This document shows positions 17,046 to 27,548 of a stretch of 64,000 nt of DNA, piece by piece; positions within the stretch are counted from its first letter, which is position 1, and each line of letters starts with the position of its first letter. Below the pieces are notes generated by a model, which was not told the DNA's origin, searched no databases, and worked only from the letters and a program-made list of their open reading frames with translations. The stretch covers positions 1-64,000 of the forward strand of contig JBGSVZ010000098.1 of the NCBI GenBank assembly GCA_041752695.1. The letters run 5' to 3'. The position numbers and the translations under genes were made by a program. The DNA is from Terrimicrobiaceae bacterium. Its GTDB lineage: Bacteria; Verrucomicrobiota; Verrucomicrobiia; Chthoniobacterales; Terrimicrobiaceae.

Positions 17046-18029
17046 ATGATTGGATTTCAAATTTTGCTGGGCATCCTCTGCGGCTCATTCGCGTATCTGA
17101 TCTTCCGCGCGCTCATGCTGGGTTTTTACACGGTGGCACCCAACGAGCGGGCCGTGATCACGAGCTTTGGCCGCGCCCAGCGTCTGCCGGGTACGACGCT
17201 GGAGACACCGATGGCGGACGATCTTTCGGAGTCCGATCGCGAGCGGTACCGCTATCCGCAATTGCAAGTCATTCCGCCGGGCGGCCCATATTTCCGCTGG
17301 CCCTGGCAGCGCGTCCATAAGGTCAATGTGGCCATCGCGACGGCCAGCATCGGCTACGATCCCGAGACCCCGGACGCCAATCAGAACGGCCAGGTCCTCG
17401 AGGCTGTGACCCGGGACCAACTCAACATCGGCGCGACGGGACAGATCCGGTTCAGCATTTGCGAGAGCAATCTGTACGCGTTTCTTTTCGCGGTGAAAAA
17501 TCCCATCGCCCACGTGATGGGGTATTTCGTCTCGGTCCTGCGCGAACGCATCGCGACGTTCAAGGCGCCGGTGGAGGGGACGCCCCTGGCGGCCGATGTG
17601 CCCTTTGACGGAATCTCGATCAACGATCTGCGGAAAAATTTGAATCTGCTCAACGAGGAAATGGATGCCGAGTGCCGGAGTTCCGCGGCGCGGTATGGCA
17701 TCGTTCTCGACGCTTCGCTGATCACCGGGATTGATCCGCCGCAGCAGATCGAAGGTGCGCTGGCGGCCATCAGCACGGCCCACAATGAAGTGTCCTCGGA
17801 AATCAGCGTCGCGCAGGCCCTGGCCGATCAGCGTATCGAGGAATCAAAACGCGCCGTGGAAATTCAGACGATGAACGCCGAGGCTGAAGTGGAGCCCCTC
17901 CGCTGGTTGGCCGAACAACTGCGCCTGCTCAAGCAGAGCGGTCCGGAGGCTATTCCCGGCTACCTTCGCAACGTGCGGCTCGACCTCTATAAACGGGCCC
18001 GCCGCATCATCCTGGACCTGCGCCAATGA
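17046..18029 (+). CDS. SPFH/band 7 protein
   Basis: N-terminal TM, NERAVITSFG, C-terminal coiled coil. Confidence 0.8.
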   Translation: MIGFQILLGILCGSFAYLIFRALMLGFYTVAPNERAVITSFGRAQRLPGTTLETPMADDLSESDRERYRYPQLQVIPPGGPYFRWPWQRVHKVNVAIATASIGYDPETPDANQNGQVLEAVTRDQLNIGATGQIRFSICESNLYAFLFAVKNPIAHVMGYFVSVLRERIATFKAPVEGTPLAADVPFDGISINDLRKNLNLLNEEMDAECRSSAARYGIVLDASLITGIDPPQQIEGALAAISTAHNEVSSEISVAQALADQRIEESKRAVEIQTMNAEAEVEPLRWLAEQLRLLKQSGPEAIPGYLRNVRLDLYKRARRIILDLRQ

Positions 18030-18955
18030 CCTGCCTGATCACCACGGTTGTCACGTTTTTTGCCTGCCTCGTCCTGGTGCCGTTGCTGGTTGCCCTGGGG
18101 CAGTTTTTCTGCCTTTTTGCCATCGTGCAGGAGTGCGAGGCCCAGGTGTTTTTGCTCTTCGGCAAGGTGGTCGGTGTCATCGACGAACCCGGCCTGCATT
18201 TCCTCGGCCTGAAGATTGGCCCGCATGCGTTTCTCATCCGCTTCTTCGGTTCGGTGAGGAAGGTGGACTTGCGTCTTGATCAGGAATACCTGCGCAGTCA
18301 GCCAGTGAATTCCGAGGAGGGCACGCCGATGGGAATCGGCGTGTGGTATGAAATGAGTGTCGCCAACCCGGTGGAATTTCTCTTTCGCAATACCGACCCC
18401 CGGGGCTCGTTGCGCGCCAATGTGCGCAATGCCGCTGTCCGCAGTTTGAGCAACATGCCGTTGCAAAGCCTTCTGGAGGACCGTCATTCCATGAGTCGCC
18501 GCGTCCGCGAGGAGGTCGCACCGAAATCCGATGCCTGGGGCTATCAGCTTGGCTCGGTCTACATCCGGAAAGTCCATTTCCGCGACGAACACATGATCCA
18601 CCAGATCGAACAGAAGGTGGTCAACCGGTTGCGTCAGGTCACCTCCGCCATTCTGCAACAGGGCGCGAACCAGGTGGCCATCATCAAAAGCGGGGCCGAG
18701 CGCACGGCTGCCAAGGAATTTGCCCATGCCGCAGCAGTGAGACCGTATCTGGTTGGCACGGCGATTCAGGAAATCGCGGCCGACAAGGAAATCCTCAACA
18801 CCGTCTTTGAGATCCTGGAGACGGAGAAGATGCTTTCCGGGGAGGTCGAACTGACATTGATCCCCAAGGACGGCGACGGCTTGCTGGCCAAGTTGCTGGC
18901 CTCCCAGCCCGGAGCCCCCGCCGTGCAGCCGCCTGCGCTGCCGGTGCAGGGGTGA
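18026..18955 (+). CDS. SPFH/band 7 protein, second of a coupled pair
   Basis: LFGKVVGVIDEPGLHF; ATGA overlap with the previous gene. Confidence 0.85.
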   Translation: MTCLITTVVTFFACLVLVPLLVALGQFFCLFAIVQECEAQVFLLFGKVVGVIDEPGLHFLGLKIGPHAFLIRFFGSVRKVDLRLDQEYLRSQPVNSEEGTPMGIGVWYEMSVANPVEFLFRNTDPRGSLRANVRNAAVRSLSNMPLQSLLEDRHSMSRRVREEVAPKSDAWGYQLGSVYIRKVHFRDEHMIHQIEQKVVNRLRQVTSAILQQGANQVAIIKSGAERTAAKEFAHAAAVRPYLVGTAIQEIAADKEILNTVFEILETEKMLSGEVELTLIPKDGDGLLAKLLASQPGAPAVQPPALPVQG

Positions 18956-19017
18956 GACCATACTCCGGCGCCGCGCAGCCTTGAGTTTGCCGCTGCCCGT
19001 GTTCATGCTGGAGGCCC

Positions 19018-20322
19018 ATGGAATCTGCCGCGCGTAAAATTGTTCTCCGTCTCCGCGAAGCCGGACACGAGGCGTATTTTGCCGGCGGGTGTGTGCGGGA
19101 CCGGTTGCTGGGCAAGGAGGCGCACGATATCGACATCGCGACCTCGGCGCGGCCGGAGGAGGTGCAGGCGCTTTTTCACCGGACCGTGGCAGTGGGCGCG
19201 CAGTTCGGCGTGATTGTTGTGTTGGAGGACGGGCGGGATTTCCAAGTGGCAACTTTTCGCGCGGACGGGGCCTACATCGATGGACGGCATCCGACGGGCG
19301 TGACATTTACCACGGCTGAAGGGGATGCACAGCGACGGGATTTTACGATTAACGGACTGTTCTATGACCCGGTGGGCGAGGCGGTGATTGATTTTGTGGA
19401 GGGACGGCGAGATCTCGAGGCTAGGGTGGTTAGGGCCATTGGGAAAGCATCGGAGCGTTTTGCCGAAGACAAGCTGCGTGTGCTGCGCGGGGTGCGGTTT
19501 GCGGCGTCCCTAAATTTCGCCATTGAGGGGGAAACCTGGTCGGCCATCTGCGCGGGCGCACCCGCGATTCATGCGGTGAGCGCGGAACGCATCCGCGAGG
19601 AACTGGTGAAGATATTCCTCTCTCCGCGCCGGGTGAGGGGATTTGACCTGCTCGATGAAAGTGGATTGTTGCGGGAGGTTTTGCCGGAGATGGAAACCCT
19701 CAAGGGCTGCGAGCAGCCGCCGGAATTTCACCCCGAAGGGGATGTGTTTGTGCACACGAGGCTGATGTTGTCCCTGCTGCCGGAGAGCGTGTCGGTGCCG
19801 CTGGTGTTTTCCGTGCTCTTTCACGACCTGGGCAAACCGCCGACCATGCAAGTGGATTCGACGGGCCGCATCCGGTTCAACGGCCACGAATCGGTGAGTA
19901 CGCGGATGACAGAGTCGATTATGCGGCGGTTGCGGTTCTCCGGGGATGAAATCGAAGCGACTTGCGAGATGGTGCAAAATCACATGGTTTTCAAAGATGT
20001 GAAAAACATGCGGGTGGCGCGGCTGAAGCGGTTTATGGCACGACCCACCTTCGACGATGAGATGGAACTGCACCGGGTGGACTGTCTGGGCAGCCACGGG
20101 TTGCTGGACAACCATGTGTTTTTGCGGGAACGCGGGGAAGAGTTTGCCAATGAGCCGCTAATCCCCGAACCTCTCGTCTCCGGCCATGATCTGATCGGTC
20201 TCGGGTGGAAACCCGGGCCGCGCTTCAAGGAGGTGCTCGACGCGGTGCAAACGCGCCAGTTGGAAGGCCTGCTGGCGAGTCGCGAGGAAGCTCTGGCCTG
20301 GATCCAATCTGAACATCACTAA
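19018..20322 (+). CDS. cca: CCA tRNA nucleotidyltransferase with HD domain
   Basis: AGGCVRD..DIDIAT, RRDFTINGL, EDKLRVLR, FHPEGDVFVH. Confidence 0.9.
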   Translation: MESAARKIVLRLREAGHEAYFAGGCVRDRLLGKEAHDIDIATSARPEEVQALFHRTVAVGAQFGVIVVLEDGRDFQVATFRADGAYIDGRHPTGVTFTTAEGDAQRRDFTINGLFYDPVGEAVIDFVEGRRDLEARVVRAIGKASERFAEDKLRVLRGVRFAASLNFAIEGETWSAICAGAPAIHAVSAERIREELVKIFLSPRRVRGFDLLDESGLLREVLPEMETLKGCEQPPEFHPEGDVFVHTRLMLSLLPESVSVPLVFSVLFHDLGKPPTMQVDSTGRIRFNGHESVSTRMTESIMRRLRFSGDEIEATCEMVQNHMVFKDVKNMRVARLKRFMARPTFDDEMELHRVDCLGSHGLLDNHVFLRERGEEFANEPLIPEPLVSGHDLIGLGWKPGPRFKEVLDAVQTRQLEGLLASREEALAWIQSEHH

Positions 20323-20328
20323 ATCGAC

Positions 20329-21255
20329 ATGGCGAAGGAGGAAAAAAAAGTTCACGTTTCCCGGAATGGGGCACTGCTCGGGGTGTACGAATACGATCAA
20401 TTGGGTGACATGATCGAGCGCGGGCAGTTGCAGAAAACCGATCATTTTTTTGACGATGAGAAGGGCGCCTGGATCACCCTTGATACCTGGAAAGGCGCGG
20501 ACGACCTGACGCATTTTAAACACACCGACGAGAAGCCGGCATCCGAAGATGGCAGTAAGAGTTCCTCGCGCCGCCGCGGGGGACGATCGGCGCGGGGGAA
20601 ACACAATGGCGCGCAAAATGCGATCGCCGGTTGGATTGCGTGTTTGTTTGCGCTCGTGGTTGCGGCCGGAATCTGGGCCTACGCGGCGCATTTGCAGGGT
20701 CGGTTGAGCACCGCGGAGGATGCTTTGAAAGCCCAGGTGGCGGCGAATGAGGTCCTCATGCGCGAGAATCAACTCATGACAGAGATCACCCCCTCAGATC
20801 GAGTTCGTGCCATCATCACCTACGAACCCTCTCCGAATCAGGTCGCCATCATGAGCGGTGCCACAGTCGGGCTCTACCGGCGCGAGGACGTGGAGAAAGC
20901 CCTCGAGGCCACCCTGCGTTCTGGTGGAGAAACGATTTCGAGCGCGGAAGCCTTCGACCAAGGCATCGAAAAATTGAAGTCGGCAATTTCTTCTCCCATC
21001 GAAATCACCCTGACCGATTCCAATGGCCGGGTTGATCTGAAAGTGCCCGGACCCGGGGACTATGTTCTCGTGGCCAGTGCGGGAAAAGCCACCCCGGGGG
21101 GCACCGAGCGCTTCCTGTGGCTCATGGGGTTCCGCGCCGATTCCCAACCGAGCGCCCTGATTCTCCTGAACGAGAAAAATGCCTCCTCTCTGCGGAAGCC
21201 GAGCTTCACGGTGGTGGACCTTCCGTCCATGGCTTCGGGCGCCGGTCAGCCCTGA
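20329..21255 (+). CDS. Hypothetical membrane-anchored protein with a GYF_2-like N-terminus
   Basis: VHVSRNGALLGVY..G.L..TD..W, a TM helix, then a coiled coil. Confidence 0.6.
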   Translation: MAKEEKKVHVSRNGALLGVYEYDQLGDMIERGQLQKTDHFFDDEKGAWITLDTWKGADDLTHFKHTDEKPASEDGSKSSSRRRGGRSARGKHNGAQNAIAGWIACLFALVVAAGIWAYAAHLQGRLSTAEDALKAQVAANEVLMRENQLMTEITPSDRVRAIITYEPSPNQVAIMSGATVGLYRREDVEKALEATLRSGGETISSAEAFDQGIEKLKSAISSPIEITLTDSNGRVDLKVPGPGDYVLVASAGKATPGGTERFLWLMGFRADSQPSALILLNEKNASSLRKPSFTVVDLPSMASGAGQP

Positions 21256-21371
21256 CCAGGGGGCCCATCTGACCGCCTTGAGGAGGCGCAGGCCGAAAGG
21301 CGAAAAAAAATTCGCCCGACCCGGCGCAAAGCCCTTGCTTGCGCTCGAATATTAGTTTACCTAATACCGCC

Positions 21372-22115
21372 ATGTCAGCAAGTTCAGCTCCAGCGGCGTC
21401 TTCTCAGACGTTATGGCGTGTCCCTGTGGCATGGCTTTTCTCATCCATCGGAAAGAAGATTGTCGTTGCCTTGACTGGCGCGGCGATGGTGCTTTTTGTG
21501 ATCGGCCATCTGCTGGGGAACACGACGATTTTTTTTGGCCCCGATTTGATCAATGAGTATGCGATGCATCTCCGGGACCTCGGCCCGCTTTTGTGGGTGA
21601 TTCGTCTCGGCCTGCTGTCGATCGTGGCATTACACATCTTTTTCACGATGTTGGTCTGGAAGGAAAACCAGGCGGCCCGCCCGCAAAAGTACGCGGTGTC
21701 GGCTCCGATGAAAACCACCGTCTTCGCCCGTACGATGCGACTGAGCGGAATGATCGTTCTGGCTTTCATCGTCTTCCATCTCGCGCACTTCACCCTGCAT
21801 TTGATCCAGCCGCAAAACGCGGTCTTCAAGACCGTCCTCGATGGACGCGAAGTGCATGATGTTTACAGCATGGTGGTGCTGGGATTTCGCAATCCCCTGG
21901 TGAGTCTTTTCTACATTTTTGCGCTCGCCCTGGTGGCCTCTCATCTCAGCCACGGTATTGGCAGCCTCTTCCAAACGCTCGGCCTGAATAACAAAACCAC
22001 GCGTCCAGCGCTGGAAGTCGGGGCCAAAATTCTCGCTTGGGCCTTGTTTGTCGGTTACGCCGCCATCCCTGTCTCCATTCTCGTTTTCGGTCTCGGAAAG
22101 GGAATTGTACCATGA
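21372..22115 (+). CDS. sdhC: Succinate dehydrogenase cytochrome b subunit
   Basis: [13 protein letters not shown], conserved heme His residues, operon position. Confidence 0.93.
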   Translation: MSASSAPAASSQTLWRVPVAWLFSSIGKKIVVALTGAAMVLFVIGHLLGNTTIFFGPDLINEYAMHLRDLGPLLWVIRLGLLSIVALHIFFTMLVWKENQAARPQKYAVSAPMKTTVFARTMRLSGMIVLAFIVFHLAHFTLHLIQPQNAVFKTVLDGREVHDVYSMVVLGFRNPLVSLFYIFALALVASHLSHGIGSLFQTLGLNNKTTRPALEVGAKILAWALFVGYAAIPVSILVFGLGKGIVP

Positions 22116-24031
22116 TACTCGACGCCAAAATTCCAGCCGGTCCGCTTGACCAAAAGTGGACCTCCTACAAAAACCACGCCAAGATCATTAATCCGTCCAA
22201 CAAGAGGAAATTCAAAATCCTCATTGTGGGCACGGGTCTGGCCGGTGCGTCGGCTGCCGCCACGCTGGGTGAGCAGGGGTTTCAGGTGGAGTGCTTTTGT
22301 TATCAGGACAGCCCTCGCCGGGCCCATTCCATCGCCGCGCAGGGTGGCATCAATGCCGCCAAGAATTATCAGAACGATGGCGACAGTGTTTATCGACTGT
22401 TTTACGACACGATCAAGGGTGGTGACTTCCGCGCTCGAGAAGCCAATGTGCATCGCCTGGCCGAGGTGAGCGCCGCGATCATTGACCAGTGTGTGGCCCA
22501 GGGCGTGCCTTTTGCCCGCGAATACGGCGGTCTGCTGGCCAACCGCTCCTTTGGTGGCGCCCAGGTCTCGCGCACGTTTTACGCCCGCGGTCAGACGGGA
22601 CAGCAGCTTCTGCTTGGGGCCTATCAGGAGATGTCCGCACAGATTGCCGCCGGGACAGTAAAAATGTTTCCCCGCACCGAGATGCTCGACTTGGTTTTGG
22701 TTGACGGCCATGCCAAGGGCATCGTCGTGCGCGACATGGTCACCGGCGAGATCCGCAGTCATGCGGGCGACGCGGTGCTGCTGTGCACGGGGGGATACGG
22801 CAACGTTTTTTACCTGTCCACCAATGCCACGGGCTGCAATGTCACCGCGACCTACCGCGCCCACAAACGCGGCGCGCTGTTTGCCAATCCTTGCTACACG
22901 CAGATTCATCCCACCTGCATCCCGGTAAGCGGCGACTATCAGTCGAAGCTCACTCTGATGAGCGAGTCGCTGCGCAACGACGGTCGCGTCTGGGTGCCGA
23001 AACGCCGGGAAGATTGTGGCAAGGCTCCTCACGAAATTCCCGAGGATGCCCGTGATTATTTCCTGGAACGTAAATACCCGAGCTACGGAAATCTCGCCCC
23101 GCGAGACATCTCGTCGCGTAGTGCCAAGGAAGCATGCGACGACGGTCGCGGTGTCGGTCCCGGCGGGTTGGGCGTTTATCTGGACTTCGCGGAGGCCATC
23201 GGTCGCCTCGGTCAGAAAGTCGTCGAGGAGCGCTACGGCAACCTCTTTGAAATGTATGGCAACATCACCGGAGAGAATGCCTACCAGCGCCCGATGCGCA
23301 TCTACCCGGCGGTCCATTACACGATGGGTGGACTTTGGGTGGACTACAATCTCATGAGCAACGTGCCTGGCCTGCATGTGCTGGGCGAAGCGAACTTCTC
23401 CGACCATGGCGCGAACCGGCTCGGTGCCTCCGCGCTCATGCAGGGTCTGGCCGATGGATATTTTGTCATCCCCTACACGATTGGCACGTACCTCTCCGCT
23501 CATTTCGGAAAGAAAAAACCCGAGGTCACCGACGCCCCCTTCCGCGACGCGGAGAAGGCGGTGAGGGACCGCACCCAGCGCCTGCTCGCCGTCAAGGGCA
23601 GCCGTTCGGTGGACAGCTTCCATCGCGAACTGGGTCTGATCATTTGGAACCAATGCGGCATGGCGCGCAGCCAATCTGGCCTCGAGGAAGCCCTCGATCG
23701 AATTCCCAAGCTTCGCGAGGAATTTTGGACCAATGTCAACGTGCTGGGCAAGGGGGAGACCTTCAACCAGTCCCTCGAAAAAGCCGGACGCGTGTCCGAT
23801 TTTCTCGAGTTCGGCGAACTGATGTGCCGCGACGCTTTGGCCCGCAACGAGTCCTGCGGTGGACATTTTCGCACCGAATACCAGACGCCCGAAGGGGAGG
23901 CCTTGCGCGATGATGAAAACTATTCCTACGTCGCCGCCTGGAAATACGAAGGGGAAAACGCCGCGCCCACCTGCGTGAAGGAACCGCTGGTGTACGAGCA
24001 TGTCGAGCAATCGACGAGGAGCTATAAGTAA
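22112..24031 (+). CDS. sdhA: Succinate dehydrogenase/fumarate reductase flavoprotein
   Basis: [36 protein letters not shown]. Confidence 0.96.
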   Translation: MILDAKIPAGPLDQKWTSYKNHAKIINPSNKRKFKILIVGTGLAGASAAATLGEQGFQVECFCYQDSPRRAHSIAAQGGINAAKNYQNDGDSVYRLFYDTIKGGDFRAREANVHRLAEVSAAIIDQCVAQGVPFAREYGGLLANRSFGGAQVSRTFYARGQTGQQLLLGAYQEMSAQIAAGTVKMFPRTEMLDLVLVDGHAKGIVVRDMVTGEIRSHAGDAVLLCTGGYGNVFYLSTNATGCNVTATYRAHKRGALFANPCYTQIHPTCIPVSGDYQSKLTLMSESLRNDGRVWVPKRREDCGKAPHEIPEDARDYFLERKYPSYGNLAPRDISSRSAKEACDDGRGVGPGGLGVYLDFAEAIGRLGQKVVEERYGNLFEMYGNITGENAYQRPMRIYPAVHYTMGGLWVDYNLMSNVPGLHVLGEANFSDHGANRLGASALMQGLADGYFVIPYTIGTYLSAHFGKKKPEVTDAPFRDAEKAVRDRTQRLLAVKGSRSVDSFHRELGLIIWNQCGMARSQSGLEEALDRIPKLREEFWTNVNVLGKGETFNQSLEKAGRVSDFLEFGELMCRDALARNESCGGHFRTEYQTPEGEALRDDENYSYVAAWKYEGENAAPTCVKEPLVYEHVEQSTRSYK

Positions 24032-24037
24032 CTTATC

Positions 24038-24796
24038 ATGAACTTCACGTTACGCATTTGGAGACAGGATGGTCCTTCCGTGGAAGGACGTTTCGAAGAA
24101 TATCCCGCTCTTAATATTCCCGAAGACGCCTCCTTTCTGGAGATGCTCGACATCGTCAATGAAGGGTTGCTCGGTAAAGGTGTGGAACCCGTCAATTTCG
24201 ACCACGATTGCCGCGAGGGCATTTGTGGAACCTGCAGCCTGACGATCAACGGAGTGCCTCACGGGCCCGATCGTGGTACGACGTGCCAGCTTTATATGCG
24301 GAAATTTCAGGATCGCGATGTGATCACGATCGAGCCGTTCCGCGCCGCGCCTTTCCCGGTGCTCCGGGATCTCGCGGTGAATCGTTCCGCTTTTGACCGC
24401 ATCATCCAGTCCGGCGGATTTGTCGGGGAGCGGAGCGGGTCGGCGCCTGACGCCAATTCCGTGCCGATTCCCAAGACCATTGCCGATGTGGCGATGGACG
24501 CCGCCGCCTGCATTGGATGCGGGGCCTGCGCCGCGGCTTGTCCGAACAGTTCGGCCATGCTGTTTGTCAGCGCCAAGATCGGCCACCTCGGACTGTTGCC
24601 CCAGGGCAAGCCCGAGAAAAATCGCCGTGTGCTCAAGATGGTGCGGACGATGGACAACGAAGGGTTCGGCAACTGTTCGAACTACTACGCCTGCGAGGCG
24701 GTCTGTCCTGCCGGTATCCCTGCCGCATTTATCGCGAGGATGAACCGCGAATACACCCTGGCCTCGGCCATGGAAACCGTGGGCGCGCCGTTGTAG
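24038..24796 (+). CDS. sdhB: Succinate dehydrogenase Fe-S subunit
   Basis: [32 protein letters not shown]. Confidence 0.96.
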   Translation: MNFTLRIWRQDGPSVEGRFEEYPALNIPEDASFLEMLDIVNEGLLGKGVEPVNFDHDCREGICGTCSLTINGVPHGPDRGTTCQLYMRKFQDRDVITIEPFRAAPFPVLRDLAVNRSAFDRIIQSGGFVGERSGSAPDANSVPIPKTIADVAMDAAACIGCGACAAACPNSSAMLFVSAKIGHLGLLPQGKPEKNRRVLKMVRTMDNEGFGNCSNYYACEAVCPAGIPAAFIARMNREYTLASAMETVGAPL

Positions 24797-24850
24797 GAAC
24801 ACGAAAAATTCCTCTGGGCGGTGTCCTTGCCCGCCACTACAACACTGCGG

Positions 24851-25876
24851 ATGAGTTCCGCTTCCAGTCCCGAGCCGGAGGAACCCCGCCGACCGGAAGC
24901 CCCGTCGGTCGGGCACCATTTGTTCACCATTGCCCAAGTGGTGATCACGGTGGCTTTGCTCTGGTGGCTTTTCCACGACCCGGAGCGCCGGGCGGTGATG
25001 TGGGACGCTTTGCAAACAGCCGACTGGCGGTGGATGGTTCTCTCGGTGATCGCGGCGGGCGTCTGTGAATTCTTTGGCATCCTGCGCTGGCAGCTTTTTC
25101 TCAAGATGCTGAAAATTGAAGTGCCCTTCTGGGAAACGACGAAGCTTTTTTTTATTGGCGCGTTTTTTAACCAGTTCCTTCCCGGCACCACCGGCGGTGA
25201 TGTGGTGCGGGTGATTTTTCTGATGAAAGACCACCCTGAGCACAAAACCGAGAGCTTCCTGAGTGTGGCGGTGGATCGGCTTCTGGCCGTTCTGGTGTTG
25301 GTCATCATGGGCCTGGCCTTCGCGTGGGGGAGGAGGGATTGGTTTGCCCAGAGCATGGCGGTCGGAGAATTGATGAAGTGGTTCACGATCACGCTGGTGG
25401 TGATGGGTGTTGGGCTGGTGGCCTCGTTCGTTCTCACCGGGCGGCATCTGGTTCTGCGACTGCCGAAGCGGTTTCCCTTCCGCAAACAAATCATCAAACT
25501 TTCCAAACTCTGGCAGCTCTGCCTGGAAAATCGCCGCGAAGCGATCCTGGGGACTCTCTACACCGTGCCCATGCTCTTTGCCTATTTCGCCGCATTTTGT
25601 TTTGCGGCCAAGGCCTTCACCAACAAGGTGAGCTTCTGGGACATGACTTCCATCATGCCCCTGGCCACGGCCATTTCTTCGCTGCCCATCAGCGTGAATG
25701 GCATGGGCTGGAGGGAGGCGCTCCTGGACAATGCCCTGACCGATCTCTGCGGCGTTCCCCGTGGCACCGGCACGATCATTTCGATTGCCGGCGTGGCGGT
25801 TTATCTCCTCTGGGGGCTGGTCGGAGGGGTGTTTTACCTCGATCGTCTCCGATGGGGGTATTGCCCGAAGGGGTAG
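24851..25876 (+). CDS. Lysylphosphatidylglycerol synthase TM / flippase-like protein
   Basis: FFNQFLPGTTGGDVVR, LPISVNGMGWRE. Confidence 0.85.
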   Translation: MSSASSPEPEEPRRPEAPSVGHHLFTIAQVVITVALLWWLFHDPERRAVMWDALQTADWRWMVLSVIAAGVCEFFGILRWQLFLKMLKIEVPFWETTKLFFIGAFFNQFLPGTTGGDVVRVIFLMKDHPEHKTESFLSVAVDRLLAVLVLVIMGLAFAWGRRDWFAQSMAVGELMKWFTITLVVMGVGLVASFVLTGRHLVLRLPKRFPFRKQIIKLSKLWQLCLENRREAILGTLYTVPMLFAYFAAFCFAAKAFTNKVSFWDMTSIMPLATAISSLPISVNGMGWREALLDNALTDLCGVPRGTGTIISIAGVAVYLLWGLVGGVFYLDRLRWGYCPKG

Positions 25877-26325
25877 TTTTTTGCCACCAGGAAAACGACG
25901 AAGGCGACCCCTGGGAGCACGAGGAGCAGCGGGAGGGCAGGCCTGCGGTCTTCATCGCCAAAAACGAAGCGCGTCAGTCGAGAGAAAAGCAGCCTGTTCC
26001 TCGCGACCACGCCGTAGCCGAAATCCGCTGCCCAGGCGAACGGTGGCACTGTGCGATAGAGCGTCAGAAGAAGGCGTCCGGAAAATTGTGCCGTGGCGAG
26101 GGCGGAAAACACGGCCGGTGCGCCGGATTCGCGCCGGCCATCCGCTCCCACCCACTGGACGGCCGTGGCAAAGTCCTCTTCGGAGATGCCGGGATGTTCC
26201 ACCGCACATTCCTGCGACGGACGGTATTCCACGCGGTCGCCGGTGATCCCTTTCCAACGTCCGATCCAGTGTCGGCAAAAGTTGCAGTCACCGTCGTAGA
26301 TCAGCAGGGGTTTTTGAGAAATCAT
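25834..26325 (-). CDS. DCC1-like thiol-disulfide oxidoreductase (DUF393)
   Basis: LIYDGDCNFC. Confidence 0.85.
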   Translation of the reverse strand: MISQKPLLIYDGDCNFCRHWIGRWKGITGDRVEYRPSQECAVEHPGISEEDFATAVQWVGADGRRESGAPAVFSALATAQFSGRLLLTLYRTVPPFAWAADFGYGVVARNRLLFSRLTRFVFGDEDRRPALPLLLVLPGVAFVVFLVAKNYPFGQYPHRRRSR

Positions 26326-26368
26326 AGGTGGCTTTCTGGACGCTCTGTCGCCGTGGCAGGAAGGCGAT

Positions 26369-27445
26369 TCAAATCGTCACCCCAAACGAATCATCCTTGG
26401 TGACCGAAAAGCAAAAGGCCGCGAGCAACTCCGCGATGGCCTGAAGGTCTTCCAGGTCAATCACTTCCACCGAGGAATGCATGTAGCGGTTTGGCAGACC
26501 GACGCAGACCGTGGGAATCCCGCCATGCTGCACGAAAATTGCATCCGCATCCGTGCCCGAATGGCGGGGATTGGTTTCATACTGCAACGGAATCCCTGCG
26601 CTGTGCGCCACGCTGCGCATCCGTTCCACGACCACCGGATGATTCACACTGCCGATGCTGATCACTGGACCGGCGCCCATTTTCACGTCACCGTGTTTGG
26701 GTTTCGAGCAAAGGGGAATGTCGGTCGCATGGGTCACGTCCACCACCAGCGCCACGTTGGGTTTGGCTCGGTATCCAGCCATCTTCGCCCCATAAAGACC
26801 GTTCTCCTCCTGGATGGTGGAAACGGCCACCACCGAGGCCGCGAGTTTGTCCGTCTTTTCCGAGAGGATCCGCAGGGCTTCCGCCGCCGCCCAAGTCCCG
26901 ATCCGGTTGTCGCAGCCCCGCGCAGCAATGCGGTTTCCCGCAAGTTTAACCACTCCGGCATCGTGAGTCACCGGGTCCCCGATGCGGACGAGCTTCAGGG
27001 CCTCCGCGCGGGAACGTACCCCAATGTCGATAAACACTTCGTGAAACGCCGGGACCTTTTTGCGGTCTTCCGGCTCCTGCATATGGATGGCAAGGTGACC
27101 GGTGACGCCGGGAACAGGTCCATCCGGTCCATGCACAATCATGCGCTGTCCGCGAAGCATGGCGCGGTCCACCCCGCCGATGCCCTGAAAATGGAGAAAT
27201 CCATCGTCCGTGATGTAGCTGATCATCAGGCCGAGCTCGTCCGCGTGTCCGGAGATCAGAATCTTCGGGGCTTCCGCCTCGGAGTTGAGCGTGGCGTAAA
27301 CGTTGCCGTAGGGATCGCTGCGGACTTTTTCCGCGAAAGGCCTCACGTAGTTCGACCAGGCCCGCTGACCGCGCAATTCGAAGCCGGAGGGTGAGGGGGT
27401 TTCGAGCAGCTCCTTGAGAAAGGCATACGATTCGTCACGCATCAT
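26369..27445 (-). CDS. M42 family metallopeptidase
   Basis: SPSGFE, GHADELG, DNRIG, QEENG, GTDAD, RYMHS. Confidence 0.92.
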   Translation of the reverse strand: MMRDESYAFLKELLETPSPSGFELRGQRAWSNYVRPFAEKVRSDPYGNVYATLNSEAEAPKILISGHADELGLMISYITDDGFLHFQGIGGVDRAMLRGQRMIVHGPDGPVPGVTGHLAIHMQEPEDRKKVPAFHEVFIDIGVRSRAEALKLVRIGDPVTHDAGVVKLAGNRIAARGCDNRIGTWAAAEALRILSEKTDKLAASVVAVSTIQEENGLYGAKMAGYRAKPNVALVVDVTHATDIPLCSKPKHGDVKMGAGPVISIGSVNHPVVVERMRSVAHSAGIPLQYETNPRHSGTDADAIFVQHGGIPTVCVGLPNRYMHSSVEVIDLEDLQAIAELLAAFCFSVTKDDSFGVTI

Positions 27446-27548
27446 GGAATCAGGCTAGAAGATGCGGGCGGCGATGTCGAGTTGCCCGTGAGCCGGCGCA
27501 TCTTCGCGCTTTCCTCCGGGGCGAATTTTGGCCTATATCGCCCGCGTC

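Noticed and set aside
22055..24010. 651-aa antisense ORF opposite sdhA, and similar long shadow ORFs (5834-7309, 36454-37893, 54205-55704)
   Set aside because: Expected from high-GC codon bias over well-supported genes; no recognisable motifs.
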